Source of the DNA: Parasitella parasitica NRRL 2501 | Lineage: Eukaryota; Fungi; Mucoromycota | NCBI GenBank assembly: GCA_025201805.1 | Contig: MU619351.1 | Location: 2,942 to 66,941 of the forward strand | Direction of reading: 5' to 3' | DNA length: 64,000 nucleotides | Shown here: positions 14,499 to 28,965 of the stretch, in pieces | Position numbering within the stretch: position 1 is the stretch's first letter | Layout of the letters: each line of letters opens with the position of its first letter | Notes under the pieces: model-generated | Told to the model about the DNA's origin: nothing | The model's input: the letters and a program-made list of their open reading frames with translations, nothing else | Database searches by the model: none | Program-made: the position numbers and the translations under genes

Positions 14499-16465
14499 TT
14501 AAAAGAAAGAAGAAATAACATTTGTCTATTTGGAGTTGATGACAATCTCATGTAAGTGGAATCTCGCCTTTTTCATACACCTTTTTCCAAAAACATGTAT
14601 ATTCTCTAATTATAAAAGTTAGGAAAAAAAAAAAGCGTACATGACTCTTTCCCTTCTCCTGCTTTTCAGGTGACACTAAATAATATGGATGTTTGGTGCA
14701 TGCAAATGCCACCATCTGTAAGCATATACAACAAATGTACATTCCCTGTCATTAATGTGTCTAATGCTTACGGTGGTGGCGCATAAAAAAAAAAAAACAA
14801 AAAAAAAAGAAAAAGGCCGGCATGTATTGTAAAGCCAAAATTATGCAAGTGGGGGGTGGTTATACGCACAGTATGATACAATACTTTTAATCAGAAAATC
14901 AAAGGGGGCTTCTTTTGGATTTATATGTACAACCCTTGACAACTAGTAAATGTTCGCTCGTCGGTCTGAATAATCTCATTAAAATGACTATTTAGTCTCT
15001 TGTTGCTCACAACGAATACAGACATAGCACCTTGAGTGAAGAGGGCATAATACAGTACACAGGTTTATCACTAGCAGATATTCGAGAGTTTCCAACATAC
15101 ATTTACAAACAAACCATCCAAACAAATATCTACACTGTAAAGCTCCATATGTAGCTCCCATGTACGACTATTTGGTCTAAAGTCAACAAGATACCATGTA
15201 GTCTATATTCCTTTAACTTGCCTTGATCTGCTTTGACGTTCAATTGTCTAGATATGAGTTTTTTTTTTTTACGTAACTCGCAGCCTGGCATTTGCCAGAC
15301 TGACGGGAGCGCCAAAAAATTAAAATGCCGCATTACATTTTCTTGGACTCTGGATATCATTTTGAGCACATGATCTGGAAGTTTTTAGAAGTTTTTCCTC
15401 CATATCTCTAACACTTACTAAGCAATAGTACATTACAACTTAAATCGAATTTGTAGAGTATCCAAGTGCGCATCAGATGATGTAAGATTCAGAAGTTTGT
15501 GTAACCAAAAAAAATTGTGTAATGTGCAGCAGAAGAAAAACCCGTTTTCCGACTAAAAGTTGATGTTTTGCATAAGCAACTCCTAAAATGGCAACACTAC
15601 CCATTTTTTAGGACATGTTGAAGCATTTTCGACTAATGCATACCATAAGAAAAAATTGTGTTTTGGAGGTCAAAATCCAGTAAGACGCAAATCCTTCGAT
15701 TTCCATGAGGGTTCATAAGGCCAAATCGCAGAAAATTGGCTGATTTTTCATTTGATATTTTTTTCTCTAAAAAGGCTTCAATTATCAACTACTAGCTCTG
15801 GGAAACAGAACGGTGTAATTCAGAGCTTTCGAATCGATCAAGGAGGTTACGATATATGCCTTCAAAACTGTGAAAAATAAGCCTAGTTTGGACCTTGTAG
15901 GGGGGTTTTTTTTACGCGTACCTTGGCAATAACTGGCTCGAAACATATTCAAGTAGATATTTTATAATGTCTGGTCTTTGATAACATTATATACCAAGTT
16001 TTCATATTATAATTAAAGGTTCTGCCGTTTCTTTTGGTAAAAAAAAAAACTCCAATATTGACGTGAGAGTTTGAGACGGATATTTCGGATTGCGCAGGAA
16101 GTGTGTGTTCTCTTAGACCAGTTGTATACAGAGGTATGATAATGCCTTGCTTTTAAATACGAGAAGCTGAAGGAATAATGTATTTTATCTTTGGTCTCCA
16201 TTTTAAAGACTTGCCGCCTTTATATACTTTATTTATTCGCGCATCAAGACAGAAAACAGATTAATAAACATTCAGGTTTTGTAAGGAATCTCTTGATATT
16301 AATAAACCGAATCTTCCAATGGAATCAAAATATGCAAAAATGATATTCGGTGCAATAGTAGGACCGAATGTATCGCTTCGGCGGCTACTTAATAGTCTTC
16401 ATTAAGAGTAACTGATGTAAATGCCTGGTCTCTTTCGTCTTTTCTCTTGCTCACGCTTTATAAAT

Positions 16466-17382
16466 ATGCTATCTAAAGGATTAAATTTGCTGCTTGTGGT
16501 TGCTGGATTATATGCGAATTTGTACGGTTTGTATGGTGTTCGCTTTGGAATGCCTATGCCAGGCTACGGTGGTCATTTCCAGGTACAATAGAAGATTTAT
16601 ATAGTGCTAAGCTTTGTATTGAATGCCGAATTAGTTTTTAACTATTGTTGGACTCTTGGTTGCTACACTATCTTCTATTGTAAGAATTATTAATTTATTG
16701 ACAGGGACACTTCGACGTAAGTTTTTAGAAAGTATGGAGATGCAGATGTTCATGTTGTAAACTGACGCTCCTGCAATACATTAGTGGTGTACGAGGCATT
16801 AACAGCAATCGCTACGCCTGTAAGTCTAGTAATGAAACTACAAAATTGCCACCTAACCGGGGGGAGGTTTTTTTTTTTTTCCATAGGTGGAGGGTTTAAT
16901 TAGCGTGCTTTACTGGCCTATTGTGCTATACGACAAGAAAATGTTGGTTCCCGATGATACTATCTTTGATTTGCCTATAGCTTTGGATGTGTGTCTACAT
17001 CTCATCCCTACTATTGTGTGCTGGGTTGATTTTATGGTATTCAACACTGGGTTCAAAAAGTCACCTATTCATATTTTGGCTATTTATGCTTTTGCTATGC
17101 TTTATTTTGTTTGGGTTAACATCTGTCATGATCGCAATGGCTATTGGCCGTACCCCTTGTTAGACCTTTTCCAGGGCGATATACAGAGAGGAGCTTTCTT
17201 CCTTTGCTGTGGTTGGGTTTGCTCTCTCTTGTATAAAATTAGTAAGTGTATATGTCTTTTAAGCAATGCCGATGTATTTAACTAACAATTGGGCATCCAC
17301 ATATATAATGACAGTTGCAAAGGGACATTCCATGGTTCATCCAGGCGATAAAAAAGAAATAGAAAACAAGAAGACTCGATAG
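16466..17382 (+). CDS. FAR-17a/AIG1-like membrane protein, 5 exons
   Basis: GYGGHFQFLTIVGL, PVEGLISVLYW, LDVCLHLIP, NGYWPYPLL. Confidence 0.85.
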
Positions 17383-17932
17383 ATGGCTATAGAATGTCTA
17401 AATATATATAGGGCTGATTTCAGCTATTCAACTTTTGTATATTATTACCCTGAAATAAATTGTATTACTCGGTCTACTATGATTGAAATATTTTCACATA
17501 TATCAAGAGATTCAGGCACGGTTATTTATGTTAACTGTTTGTATATATTCCAAGAAAAATCAACCTTTACTGCATAGTTGATTGCAAATAATGTTGACTA
17601 GAGCCTCAGTTGTCTTGAGGATGAGTAAATGGTCTTGGATGTGCATAATTACATTTTGCAATGTGTATATACAATTACACACATGTAAGACGTCTTTTTC
17701 GTTTGGTTTTTTTGTGCTAAACAAGTACAAAAAGTCAATTCACGGCCCCATACACAAACCAACTACTCTGAATCAATGCTGATAGAGTACAGATGCACTC
17801 GTTCTCGTCGGCTAAACTGACTAATAATGGATGATGATTGCCCCCATTTAAATAGCCGCATCTTGTGGAGTCAAATTTTTCTTGCTCTCTCTTTCTATTC
17901 CTTTGTCCTATTTCATAGATATAGAAAGAAAA

Positions 17933-20410
17933 ATGGCTGCAGAAGACAAGAAGCGTGTTTGTTATTTTTACGATGGTACTTGAAATGGAATAAACGAGAC
18001 ATGTATATAATGGCTATTTAATCAGATATGAAATATAGCCAACGTTGGTAATTACCATTACGGACCTGGCCATCCCATGCGCCCACATCGCATTAGAATG
18101 TGTCATGGACTAGTGATGAACTACGGACTTTACAAGAAGATGGAGATATATGTAACTGCAATAAAGATGTTGCAACCTAAGAAGCTAAATGACTAAAAAA
18201 ACAAGTAGAGAGCCAAGCCTGCCAATAAATGGGAAATGACTCAATTCCATACAGACGACTACATTGAATTTTTATCGCGTGTAACTCCTGAAAACATGGA
18301 CTCTTTTCAAAAAGATCAGGCCAAATGTGAGTTTGATGTTGATGTATGTTGTGGAGGAAGCATGGTTGACTCATACACCTTGATAGTCAATGTTGGCGAT
18401 GATTCGCCTGTGTTTGAGGGCCTGTTTGAATACTGTGGATTAAGTGCGGGTGGATCAATGGGTAAGCGCATTCAGTTGCACACTTTATGGCTTGTTGTAA
18501 CGAACAAACTCTTGGATATAGAGGGAGCTGCAAGGTTGAATCGCGGCCTGTGCGATATCGCCATCAACTGGGCTGGTGGTCTTCATCACGCAAAGAAATC
18601 CGAAGCATCTGGATTTTGTTATGTCAACGATATCGTATTAGGTATTCTCGAGCTCCTGCGCTATTACGCTCGTGTATTGTACATTGACATTGATGTCCAT
18701 CACGGCGATGGTGTCGAAGAAGCCTTCTACACCACAGACCGCGTCATGACTGTCAGTTTCCACAAATACGGTGAATTCTTCCCAGGAACTGGTGAATTGA
18801 AGGTAAAAGGCGTAGCTTTTGAAGAAAATGTTTAGTTTAACCACGGTTTCTCGATGTAGGATGTGGGTGTTCAAAAAGGAAAATACTACAGCGTCAATGT
18901 TCCTCTTAGAGATGGCATCGATGACGATAGTTATCAATCGACATTCGAACCTGTTATTGAGAAAGTAATGGAATGGTATAGACCTGCTGCAGTCGTATTG
19001 CAATGTGGCGGTGATTCTTTGAGTGGAGATAAGCTTGGCTGCTTCAATCTTTCCATGAAAGGTCATGCCAATTGTGTCAAATTTGTCAAAAAGTTCAATT
19101 TACCTACTCTTGTTTTAGGTGGCGGTGGCTACACTATGAGAAACGTCGCAAGAGCATGGGCTTACGAGACTGGCGTTGTGGTTGGTGAAGAGATGGGCCC
19201 TGATATGCCATACAACGACTATTATGAATACTTTGGGCCCGATTATAAACTAGACGTTCGCCCTAGCAATATGGAGAATATGAACACGCCCGACTATTTG
19301 GAGAAGATCAAAACCGAAGTTTTTGAAAATCTATCCCGTACACTATTTGCGCCTAGCGTTCAGATGCAGGAAGTTCCGCGCGACCAGGAGATGTCAGAAG
19401 ATGAAGACGAACAAGACTCAGACAACAGAATGAATCAAAGTTACTGGGATAGTCGCATTATGCCTGCAAATGAATATTATGACTCTGACGAAGGAGAAGC
19501 ACAAGGTGCCGGTGGCAACTTGAAGAGTAGACACGAGCGAAATTACAACCAAGATACAGAATTAGACATGGACATCCAAATGTCGCAAGAGGAAGAAGAT
19601 CAGATTGCTGCATTGAATAATGAAAACGAAGATGAACATGGAAAAGTGCCAAGCGTAAAGGAGGACAAATTTGTCAAACTAGAGCGAAAGGAGGATGTTA
19701 TTGTAGATAATATGGTCATTGACAATGCAAATGCAGCACAAATGGAAGACACAATCATGGCGGATGTTGAAGCTAAAGCGCCATCAAGATCAGCAACGCC
19801 ACCATCACTACCACAACCACCAGTATCTGCTGCTGAATCAGCAGTTCGTCCTTGCTCACCTGAACAATCAGCTCGTAACACTTGTAACCCCTCAGAACCT
19901 GCTCTTGCAGTTAGCTCAGGAACCACTAAAGCTGCTAGCGTACCAGCAGCCATAGCCATAACAACAAACACACCACCCAAGCTTGATATAGATGAACCTG
20001 CGTCAAGTCCTGCTGCACCCACAACATCAGAAAGACTGGGAGTAGAAAGTGAGGAGGAAGGAGAGGTCAAGTCGATAAAATCTCAATCACCACCCCCTCC
20101 TTCTCATGAGATAAATTTTCCATCATCTTCCTCCGCCACAACCGCGGCCACTAACATCACCAATACAATTACTGGCCTATCTACAAACGTCGATAAAGCT
20201 GCTCCAGATGCTGCCGCTGCATCTGTCGGCAATCCTGAAACGACTACTATTGTAGATACTACAACCAAGGCCAGTAGCAGCGATGCAAATATTACTGAAA
20301 CGAAGCAGGACTCAGAGCCAGTTATACCTGAATTATCAGAGGCAGAAAAAGTGAAAGAATTTACAACAGCAATTGAAGAAGCTTTAGAAGACGGTGAAAT
20401 TGCAGAATAA
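17933..20410 (+). CDS. RPD3: Class I histone deacetylase Rpd3/HDAC1-2 with a long acidic and Pro/Ser/Thr-rich tail, 6 exons
   Basis: [70 protein letters not shown]. Confidence 0.96.
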
Positions 20411-20531
20411 ATGATGTTCCCTTTCTTTTATATAAATATAAAACTGAATAAATGGCCATGATTTACGCAACCTTATAAAATGATAACCATGCGAGAAAAG
20501 GGAGTTTTGCAGGTTGAACAAACAGAAAAAA

Positions 20532-20641
20532 NNNNNNNNNNNNNNNNNNNNNNNNNNNNNNNNNNNNNNNNNNNNNNNNNNNNNNNNNNNNNNNNNNNNN
20601 NNNNNNNNNNNNNNNNNNNNNNNNNNNNNNNNNNNNNNNNN
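20532..20641. other. Assembly gap (N run). Smaller 10-N gaps lie at 43807-43816, 50141-50150 and 58398-58407
   Basis: N characters, mostly flanked by homopolymer runs. Confidence 0.99.
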
Positions 20642-20919
20642 AAAAAAAAAAAGCATCAAAAGCAAGTTGAAACTGGGATCATCATTGTAATGATGGCTAA
20701 TATTACCATAAAATAATGTATTTATAAAGTTGAAATATGTATGCTAACATTGCATCAGCAGGAAAAATTCATGTTTTCATTAAGGGGATAGCAGATTGTT
20801 ATTTTTGTCAGATATTATCTGGTTCTATAGAAAGATGCACCCATTTTATCTTTCTTTTCTTCTTCTTCTTTCCCTCAGTCTCACTCCTTTCTTTTGCTTT
20901 TTGATTTTTAACCTTAGAA

Positions 20920-22090
20920 ATGTCCCATAAAAAGGCTACTTTATTAGACGCCGAGAGCCTACTACATACATTTATTGACCACGATTCGATACAGCTTATC
21001 TCTATCCTCGGTATTGGCGCTTATGGCGTTGTTTACTTGGGACTCAATGTGCTCAGCAACCAATACTACGCTGTTAAGCTGCTGACACACATGAACGTCA
21101 GCTATAACGAGCCATATATCCACGCTTACTTATCAGGCCACCCAAATATTCTCAAATTTGAGAAAGTTATACATGAGGAGCACAGAACATTTATGGTGAT
21201 TGAGTATACGCCAGACGGCGATTTATTTGCTGCGATTACAAAAAACAAATACAACATTGTTGGCAACAACGATGCCATTCGAGATATATTCTTGCAAATC
21301 ATTAGCGCTGTGCAGTTTTGCCATCAAAATAACATTGCTCATCGTGATCTTAAGCCAGAAAACATTATGCTGGGGCCTCGATTGCAAGTGAAGTTGGCTG
21401 ATTTCGGCCTGGCCACTCTTAATTCAGTGTCCAATGAATTTGGGTGCGGATCAACATTTTATTTTTCTCCAGGTACGTAATAATGTGCACATGATAATGC
21501 AATGATAAATCAACTGAACCAGAAACACCATTTTAGAATGTCAAGGAGCTTCTGCTTCTGCTTCTACATCTTCTTCCTCCACACAGAACCAGCCATTGAA
21601 TGGATATAGCACGCAGAAGAACGACATTTGGAGCTTGGGCGTCATTCTAATCAATCTGACAGCAGGAAGGAATCCATGGAAACAAGCAACTATGAAAAAC
21701 TCAACATTCGCTACGTACGTTCGAAATCCACGCCATTTTTTTAGAGCCATACTACCGTGTATTTCAGAAGATCTGGAGCGCATTTTGTTGCGCATATTCT
21801 GTCTTGATCCTGCCCGTCGCATCTCGCTTCCAGAATTACGAGTCTACATTCAAAAGTGCCAATCATTTGTACAACCACAAACAATAACACAGCACAGCAA
21901 GAAAAAATCTTTGTTTGTGATGGTTCAACCGACCAGCAAAAGGTACAACCTCCCTCATCATCACCATCATCTCCCGCAACAAAAAACCAAGAAACGAGCC
22001 GTTGTGAATACCATGTCTTACTCGGATTCTATAACTGAGACTATGTTGCATTATGTGGGTGGTTATACGGATGAAGATTATTGTTATTAG
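20920..22090 (+). CDS. Ser/Thr protein kinase, Ran1/Pat1-Sks1/Vhs1 family, 2 exons
   Basis: LGIGAYGVV, YAVK, HRDLKPEN, KLADFGLAT, GCGSTFYFSPEC, DIWSLGVILINLTAGRNPW. Confidence 0.92.
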
Positions 22091-23600
22091 CATTGACCAA
22101 AAAGAGACACACAGAAGAATGTTGCACTGTATATATATATATCTAACAAGCACATAATAATAAATTGCATTCAACCATATACTACATGTTGGCGTTTATT
22201 GTATGTATGCGTGTGCATGGAATAGTCTTTATTAAACCATCTTTTTTTTTCTAACTTTGTTTATATGTTTCTTCATGTAAATGTACATGTATGAATATAA
22301 AGCGTCTCTATTAAAACGTAATCTCTTGCAAGACATTCATCCAATAAATAATATTTTCTGAATTGAAGAGGTTCATAAATTTATCCCTCAGATGCAAACA
22401 ACGCCTTAATTATCTATTTGAATTTGTTCAAGATAGTAGAAGGCTACTGTTGTTGTTGTTGTTGATTTTTATAGTTAAATTGTGTTGTCGCCGATCTGAT
22501 CTTGAAATATGCTTTTTTTTTGGGACTATATCTATCAATGCGATGAGGTTATCGAGTGCGTGCTAATTATATATATTTGTATAAATGTATATTTACGCAT
22601 TCTCAGAAGCTATTGTTATTGCATTTTGACAGCAAATGTGTTTACTTTTCCGATTCTGACATGCATAAAGAAGGGTTAACACTCAACCACTATTCAGGTA
22701 AGGTTAAAAGATTCCATCAAGTATACAAAGCTTTGAGATGAAAAGCTAGATATATTACTAATGTCAGATATATGAAAACGCCTTTTTACGTTTTAAAACT
22801 GTATAATACTAAACAGAAAAAAACTTACTAATCGTTGAATTTTGTTATCCAGATGTAATACTGGCAGTTAACCAATGGCATTATAATGTAACTACTCCCA
22901 AAAAAACATGTTTATTTATATTGTTTGTAAATACCAAGTTTCTGCTCCTGCTTTTTTCCTTGTCATAATTCACTGATAATCTATTTACCACATGGCATAA
23001 TGTTTTGCCTTTTACATCTCTCCTTCTCATCAATATACCTGTCATTGCTCTAAATAAATTGGTCCTCAGCTAATATCGCATTAAAGGTATGCGTTATGTG
23101 TATGTTTTATGTCGGAGTGGGATATAGAAAGGTCCAAACGTTATATTTAACGTGATATTTGAGATTTAAGTGTAAACATGTTGATGCTTGTACACAGTCG
23201 TAAGGATATCATAAAAAAATCATATTCTTACATAATACTATATGTGTCATTTTTCCCGGGTAGAATTATACACATTTTCTTGAAATGCACATGATTTCAA
23301 AAAAGATCTTATCTCTTTTTCATCATAATAATGCCACAGAATGTGATTGAGAAAAAAAGCCGTGAGTTTGTAATACATTTGTATTTTCAAAATTCAACTA
23401 ATGTGGATAGTAGAAATTGTAATAGTAGTAGTAATATGTTTATTTGTATAACGATATTCGTATATCAGATAAAGAAACGAAATCGATTAATACAGGCTTA
23501 AAATAATACAAAAATAGAATGTAGTTTGTGTGGTATATGTATGTGTAATGTTGGGGAAAAGGAAATAGTGTACAAAATCGGAATGGACAAGAAAAAAGTT

Positions 23601-24771
23601 TCAGAAATAGTTGGTAGCTTTGTTATTGTTATTGCGATGATTCGATATATGAGATGATGGTACAGGTGGGGGTCTACTTGTAGGTGGTGGTAACTGAGGT
23701 GGTAGAATGTATTCCCAATTGGGTATATCAGCCAAAGACTGCTGACTCTGGCTAAGGTTGCTCCTGTATGTCAAGGATACAGGCAGACTCTGCCGGTTGC
23801 CCTGTCTACCCATTGGAGCTGCTGTTGATTGAACAGGTACCAAAATACGGTAGTTGTCGGTGAGTGTAATTGAATCCAGTATTGATTTGGTTAATAATCC
23901 ATCATAACCAATTTTGATGCAGGCAACAGTCTTCTTCATTGCGTCTAACCAGCATTGCATCTGTTTTACTGATTCGCACCGAATAAACCATTTACAGTGT
24001 GGTTTGCGTAATTCAATATTGTAGCCCTTTTTAAATTCTTCAGTGACAAATACAAATGTTTCATCTGTAAGAACAAAATGTTCTTTGGCTGGTGTGCTTG
24101 GTTTGGACGATGTAAAGTTGTATACAATACGATCGACAAGGACAAGTAGTCTACGTTTCCAAGTTCGAGAAAAAGCAAACGTAGAGTGCTCAAACTTTTC
24201 GAGCCAATCGGAAATAATACATGTTTCTGCGGCTAATTTTACAGACATGCACGATGGATCTATGTGATTTGTAATGTTTTCTGTGCCTTGATCTGGCAAT
24301 GACAAGGATGGCATTACGGAGGTTGCAATAAATGGATCTGAGAGTGATTTTTGATGGCGCTTAGAAGTGGAGGGTGACGAGAAAGGATAAAATTTGGTCA
24401 GAATCCTATTGCGAAAGTTTTGAGATGTTGAGTAACCAGAGAATAAATATGAAGAAGAAGGTGACAATGAAGAAGCTGTTGCAGAATTTGGTAGATCTAA
24501 AAATTTCATCATTGTTAGATGTACTCAGCAAATCCCATCAGTGCAATACATTACAATTGGACATCTGCGCATCATTTTCATTGCTACTACTGACAACACT
24601 GAGTCTTTGGCTGGAAGTGCTTGCTGATGTGGTTGTATTTGATGATTGCGAAGCGATAGATAGTCTAAACACTTCTTTATTGTCTATAGTTGGCGGGAAC
24701 TCCGTATGCATAGGCCGCTTTATCGGTGAATCTTCTGTTATGGGATATAGAAAAGATGCTGGATTTGACAT
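23601..24771 (-). CDS. PH-domain protein with proline-rich C-terminus, 2 exons (intron 24497-24554)
   Basis: SDWLEK..TWKRRLLVLVD..W FIRCESVKQMQCWLDAMK PH pattern. The GTAATG..CTAAC..TAG intron restores frame. Confidence 0.8.
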
Positions 24772-25005
24772 GTATATAAGAAGAAAAAAAACGCAGGATG
24801 AAAAGATTAGGAGAGAGAGAGAAAAAAAAAGCAAAAAGTGAAGGCGGAGAGAATTGTAGAGATTTATATGATTGCACATAAGACTAAAACAGACATCATA
24901 CCATCAAATAAATCTCATGATATTATTAAATGTTTTACTGCTTTATGTAATATCAGCGTGTAACACTTAATGGAGTTTCAACTAGAAACAAAATTGAGTT
25001 CTTTA

Positions 25006-26334
25006 TTACAATTTTGTTGGTTTAACCTCTCCTAAAAAGAGGGTTTTATCCGTACTTGCACTCATAATAATAGGCTCTTTTGGATGCCAGTCGACATCAT
25101 TGACGCAACCTTTATGTCCAGGAAGTTTATACAAAATCTTTCTAGTATCAGCGTCCCAAATGACTACTGATCTGTCGGCTGAACCGCATGCAATTTGGCT
25201 TCCATCTGTGGCCCAGCATGGCTTAATCAAGTTCTTTTCGAAACCATGAGGTGCACCCTCAAATATCTTCAGACAGCGATCAGTTGCAGCAAATGGCTTA
25301 ATATCCCAGATGCGAACTAAATAAAATGTTAATAATAGACATGTGGAAGTACTTGCAAATATACCTGTGTTATCCATTGAGTTTGTTAATAAATTATTTC
25401 CATCAGGGCTCAGAGACATGCCGGAGACAGTGTCCATATGACCCTTCATAGTATACGCTAGTTGATTTTTACGAACATCCCATACTTTGATATCATTATC
25501 AAGGCCTGCTGAATAAATCATATCGCCAGCATCACTAAAGCAAACACTGGTCACTTGATAATCGTTCTCAAATGTATTGACAGCTTCTTTTGTTCTATTA
25601 TCCCAAATCTTTACTGTACAATCATCACTGCCAGATACAACTAATTCAGCTCCTCTACGTGCAACTTGACAACTATTTACAATGCCGGAATGTCCTCTCC
25701 ATCTGCGTATGCGAGTGCCTGACTTGATGTCGAAAATACCAACAGTTTTATCGGCAGAACAACTGAATATCTGGTTTGAATCTCGAGACCAATGAATCTC
25801 CATCACTGCATTTGTATGACCTTTTAACACACCATAATTCTTGACTTCTCCGTACGTATTCCATAACACTATAGCAAATGGTCAGTCTTTAGGTATCCAT
25901 TTGTTGACTTGATACCCACTTATTTGCCTATCAAATCCTGCGCTGGCAATGTATTCGCCTGAATGATCAAATTCACAGGAAAAGATTTCTCCCTAATAAA
26001 GAATAGTGCAAATATTCGCATCAACAGATTCTGCCTGCCTCATTGTCGACTCAAAAAATAAAATAAAAAAGACTCACATCGTGACCTATCAATTGCATAA
26101 CAGGCGCTTCTAATCCGGATGTACGCTTGATCTATTAATAAATATGATGTAAATAACCGACCCTCATTGTTAAAACAAAATATACACGCGTACAGTTCCT
26201 ACGATAGCATTCTTTGTTCCAGCCCTTTGGCTAGATAGATTGACAAGTGATTTGCTGGTATCCTGATTGTCTTGCTTGATGCGCTTGACGAGGGCTCCAC
26301 CGTCATTCGAGGTCTCCTTTCTCTTTTCAGTCAT
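25006..26334 (-). CDS. SNRNP40: U5 snRNP 40 kDa WD40 protein (Spf38/Cwf17/SNRNP40), 5 exons
   Basis: KRTSGLEAPVMQLIGH; WD40 repeats; GAPHGFEKNL; KILYKLPGHKGCVN..HPKEPII. Confidence 0.93.
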
Positions 26335-28965
26335 GTCCAAAGTTGTTCGAGCACAAGACAAAAGTTTGATATAATTCTTGTTGCTTTACAAAAGAGATGG
26401 GATGGTACTCAACAGTCACGAGCATAATGGCTTTCTTGGGGCTTTTTTGAGTTCAGCAAAGCATGTTTAATTTTGCATTAATCTCATACAATGGTTTAAA
26501 TAGAAGTGTTTTTTTACTAATCTCGTATTCGAAAATATGTGAAAATCTGACGTGGAATTGCAAAAAATATCATAAAGATAGAGCTTTTTTACGAACTTGT
26601 AGTGGAATCAGGCTGATATGTGTCTAATCAGCTGCTGACGATTAGCATAGTTTTACATATGAGCCGATGTTTATGGGTCATAATAAAAAACTGAGCTAAG
26701 CATAACTGACACGCTTAAATACTGAGCTAAAGTTAATCAATTTTTTTCATGTATGAACACCATAATATGTCTTATTGCATTGAATGGTGTTTAATTTTTA
26801 GCCGGGATAATATTTCCAATTGCATTTTGGGTATCGATTGATGTCAAGATTTTCTCAAATTACTTTTTGGGATCATGTATTGCTCCTGAATTGAGAAGTG
26901 TATTCTTAATGGTTTAAGATAGAAGCAATTTCATAGAAAAAGAATTAGTACGCGTATCCAATAAAGATTATCACTGACTACCAGAAAAAACGTATTTCAT
27001 TGTTCTCTCTGGTGGTGTGTAGATTGCACAGCAGAAAAAATAATAAATAAAAAGTTACAAATAAATTGTTGGTGCTGCTATCCGTTGAGTCTTACATAGC
27101 ATTATGAACCATTAGGAAAACAAATTTGGTCACGACCTGTGCTCTGAGTAAACTTTAGAACCAATATATCAAAAAAACCAAAAGGCAAACCTATAAGCAG
27201 AAAGCTCGGCTATTTTATTTTACATGAAAAATACATTATAAAAGTCTATAATACGTATCACTGAGGAACAAATTTGTGCTTGCTTTACATTTCGCTAATA
27301 CAGCCACAGTCAAAGTTAATTTAAATAAATATAATATCCACTGGGCAATGTCTCTATCCAAAGTTATCTGCAAAAACAGTTTTATTTTTCAATATTTATC
27401 ATAAATATCACATATTTGCTCATAACTTGTGCTAAAATGACAGCAGAACCGAGATCTAACTTGGAAAACTTAGCGCTACCTGGAAACAACATTGATATTA
27501 ATCAAAACATTGATATCTATAAAGTAATCAAATGATATCACAAATTTACATATCAGAATTGCATATAATCGATGATAGGCTTCCATAAAAAGCAAATAAA
27601 ACCCTGTCTTATGCGCCATAAGTACAGGCATGATCATCGCTATCTGAGCATACCTTGCTTTCCATTGGCCAATGTCTCTATCAAACGTTTTTTTGTTTTC
27701 TGTGTCGGAGTTGGAAATAAATCACGTGAGTTTTTCTTTGTGGTGCTTATCGAGATCCCTACAAAAACTGAAGCTATAATGTATGATTTTTCAGTGTTGT
27801 TCTGCATTATGGATCGTAAAAGGAGATTTGAATCAATAAAAACTCGTGCAAGAAAAATATCCGATCATTGAATCCTTATATTTCAGCACAGATTGTGGAA
27901 TCGATATAGGATCTTGTTTAATAATTAATTCAATGAAATTTTTAGATAAAAGACCAAAAATAAATGTCAGGTTAATAAAATTAGGTTCTATTAACAAATC
28001 TACAGATGCATAGAGCTCCAGTTCTTTTACCGGCCACGTAGAGGAAACTTTATATGCTTGCTATGGGCCTATGTTCTACTATCATAAGTTAACGTCTACG
28101 AAACTTCTGACTAATTAGCATCTTTAATTTCGTGCTAAATGACATCTCAGCAGACTAAAGATAACTTATATCTATTTGAGTGAGTGAATAGACTTTATCC
28201 CAGGTACTCTGAGTAATCTTTTATACGAAGATCATTTAATACCTGCAATGGAATGGTATAGCTAAATATGCATAACTGGAAAATTAAGACTCAAATGTTA
28301 CGCATACTCAGTTTATGCCATTCGAGCTCGCATAACATATAAAGTCATAATTCAAAACTTATCAATGAATGTCGTGCGAAGGAAAAAACTCCTGATCTAA
28401 GTGCTTTTCCTTACACAATGATCATTTAGAATGAGAATAAATAATGATAAAGATATCAAGTATGGCAGCTCGTCAATCAATGGGTTTTTCCCATCATTCT
28501 AGATAAAGATATCTTTCTCACAATAACTAAAATATGACGATAGCCATCCTCAAACGGCCAACTAATGTCACGCAAATCTCTATCAATGGTGAAAGCATTT
28601 CAGCATGATTTCTTAAAACCTATAAATTAAACAACGACAGTTTAACGCATTGATTCGCGGATCAATGCTCCATTCATGAGAACTGATATACGACAATACT
28701 AATCATATAAACGCTAAGATATTTTGCTCTAGATAAAGCCTTAGAATATTTGTATATTAAAGAATCCCAAACTTGTAATTTTTACAACGCTTTTACTTTT
28801 TAATATTTTATTTTATCTGCCATCATTCAAAATCCAGTGTGGAATACTCAAAGCAATCAGGCATTTTCGTCGTGACCATTTTGTCCTAATTTTTTCAAGA
28901 TTGATCAAGCACCCCCTTCCACTATCCATCTTTGTTCCCATTTACTTAAAACGCCAAGTGTCATT

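Noticed and set aside
23601-24879. Apparent split or frameshift in the PH gene
   Set aside because: Explained by a canonical 58-nt intron (24497-24554).
27430-28560. Possible pseudogene in the long SNRNP40-mL50 intergenic region
   Set aside because: Only short stop-riddled frames and an 11-bp direct repeat (AACATTGATAT); no family could be supported.
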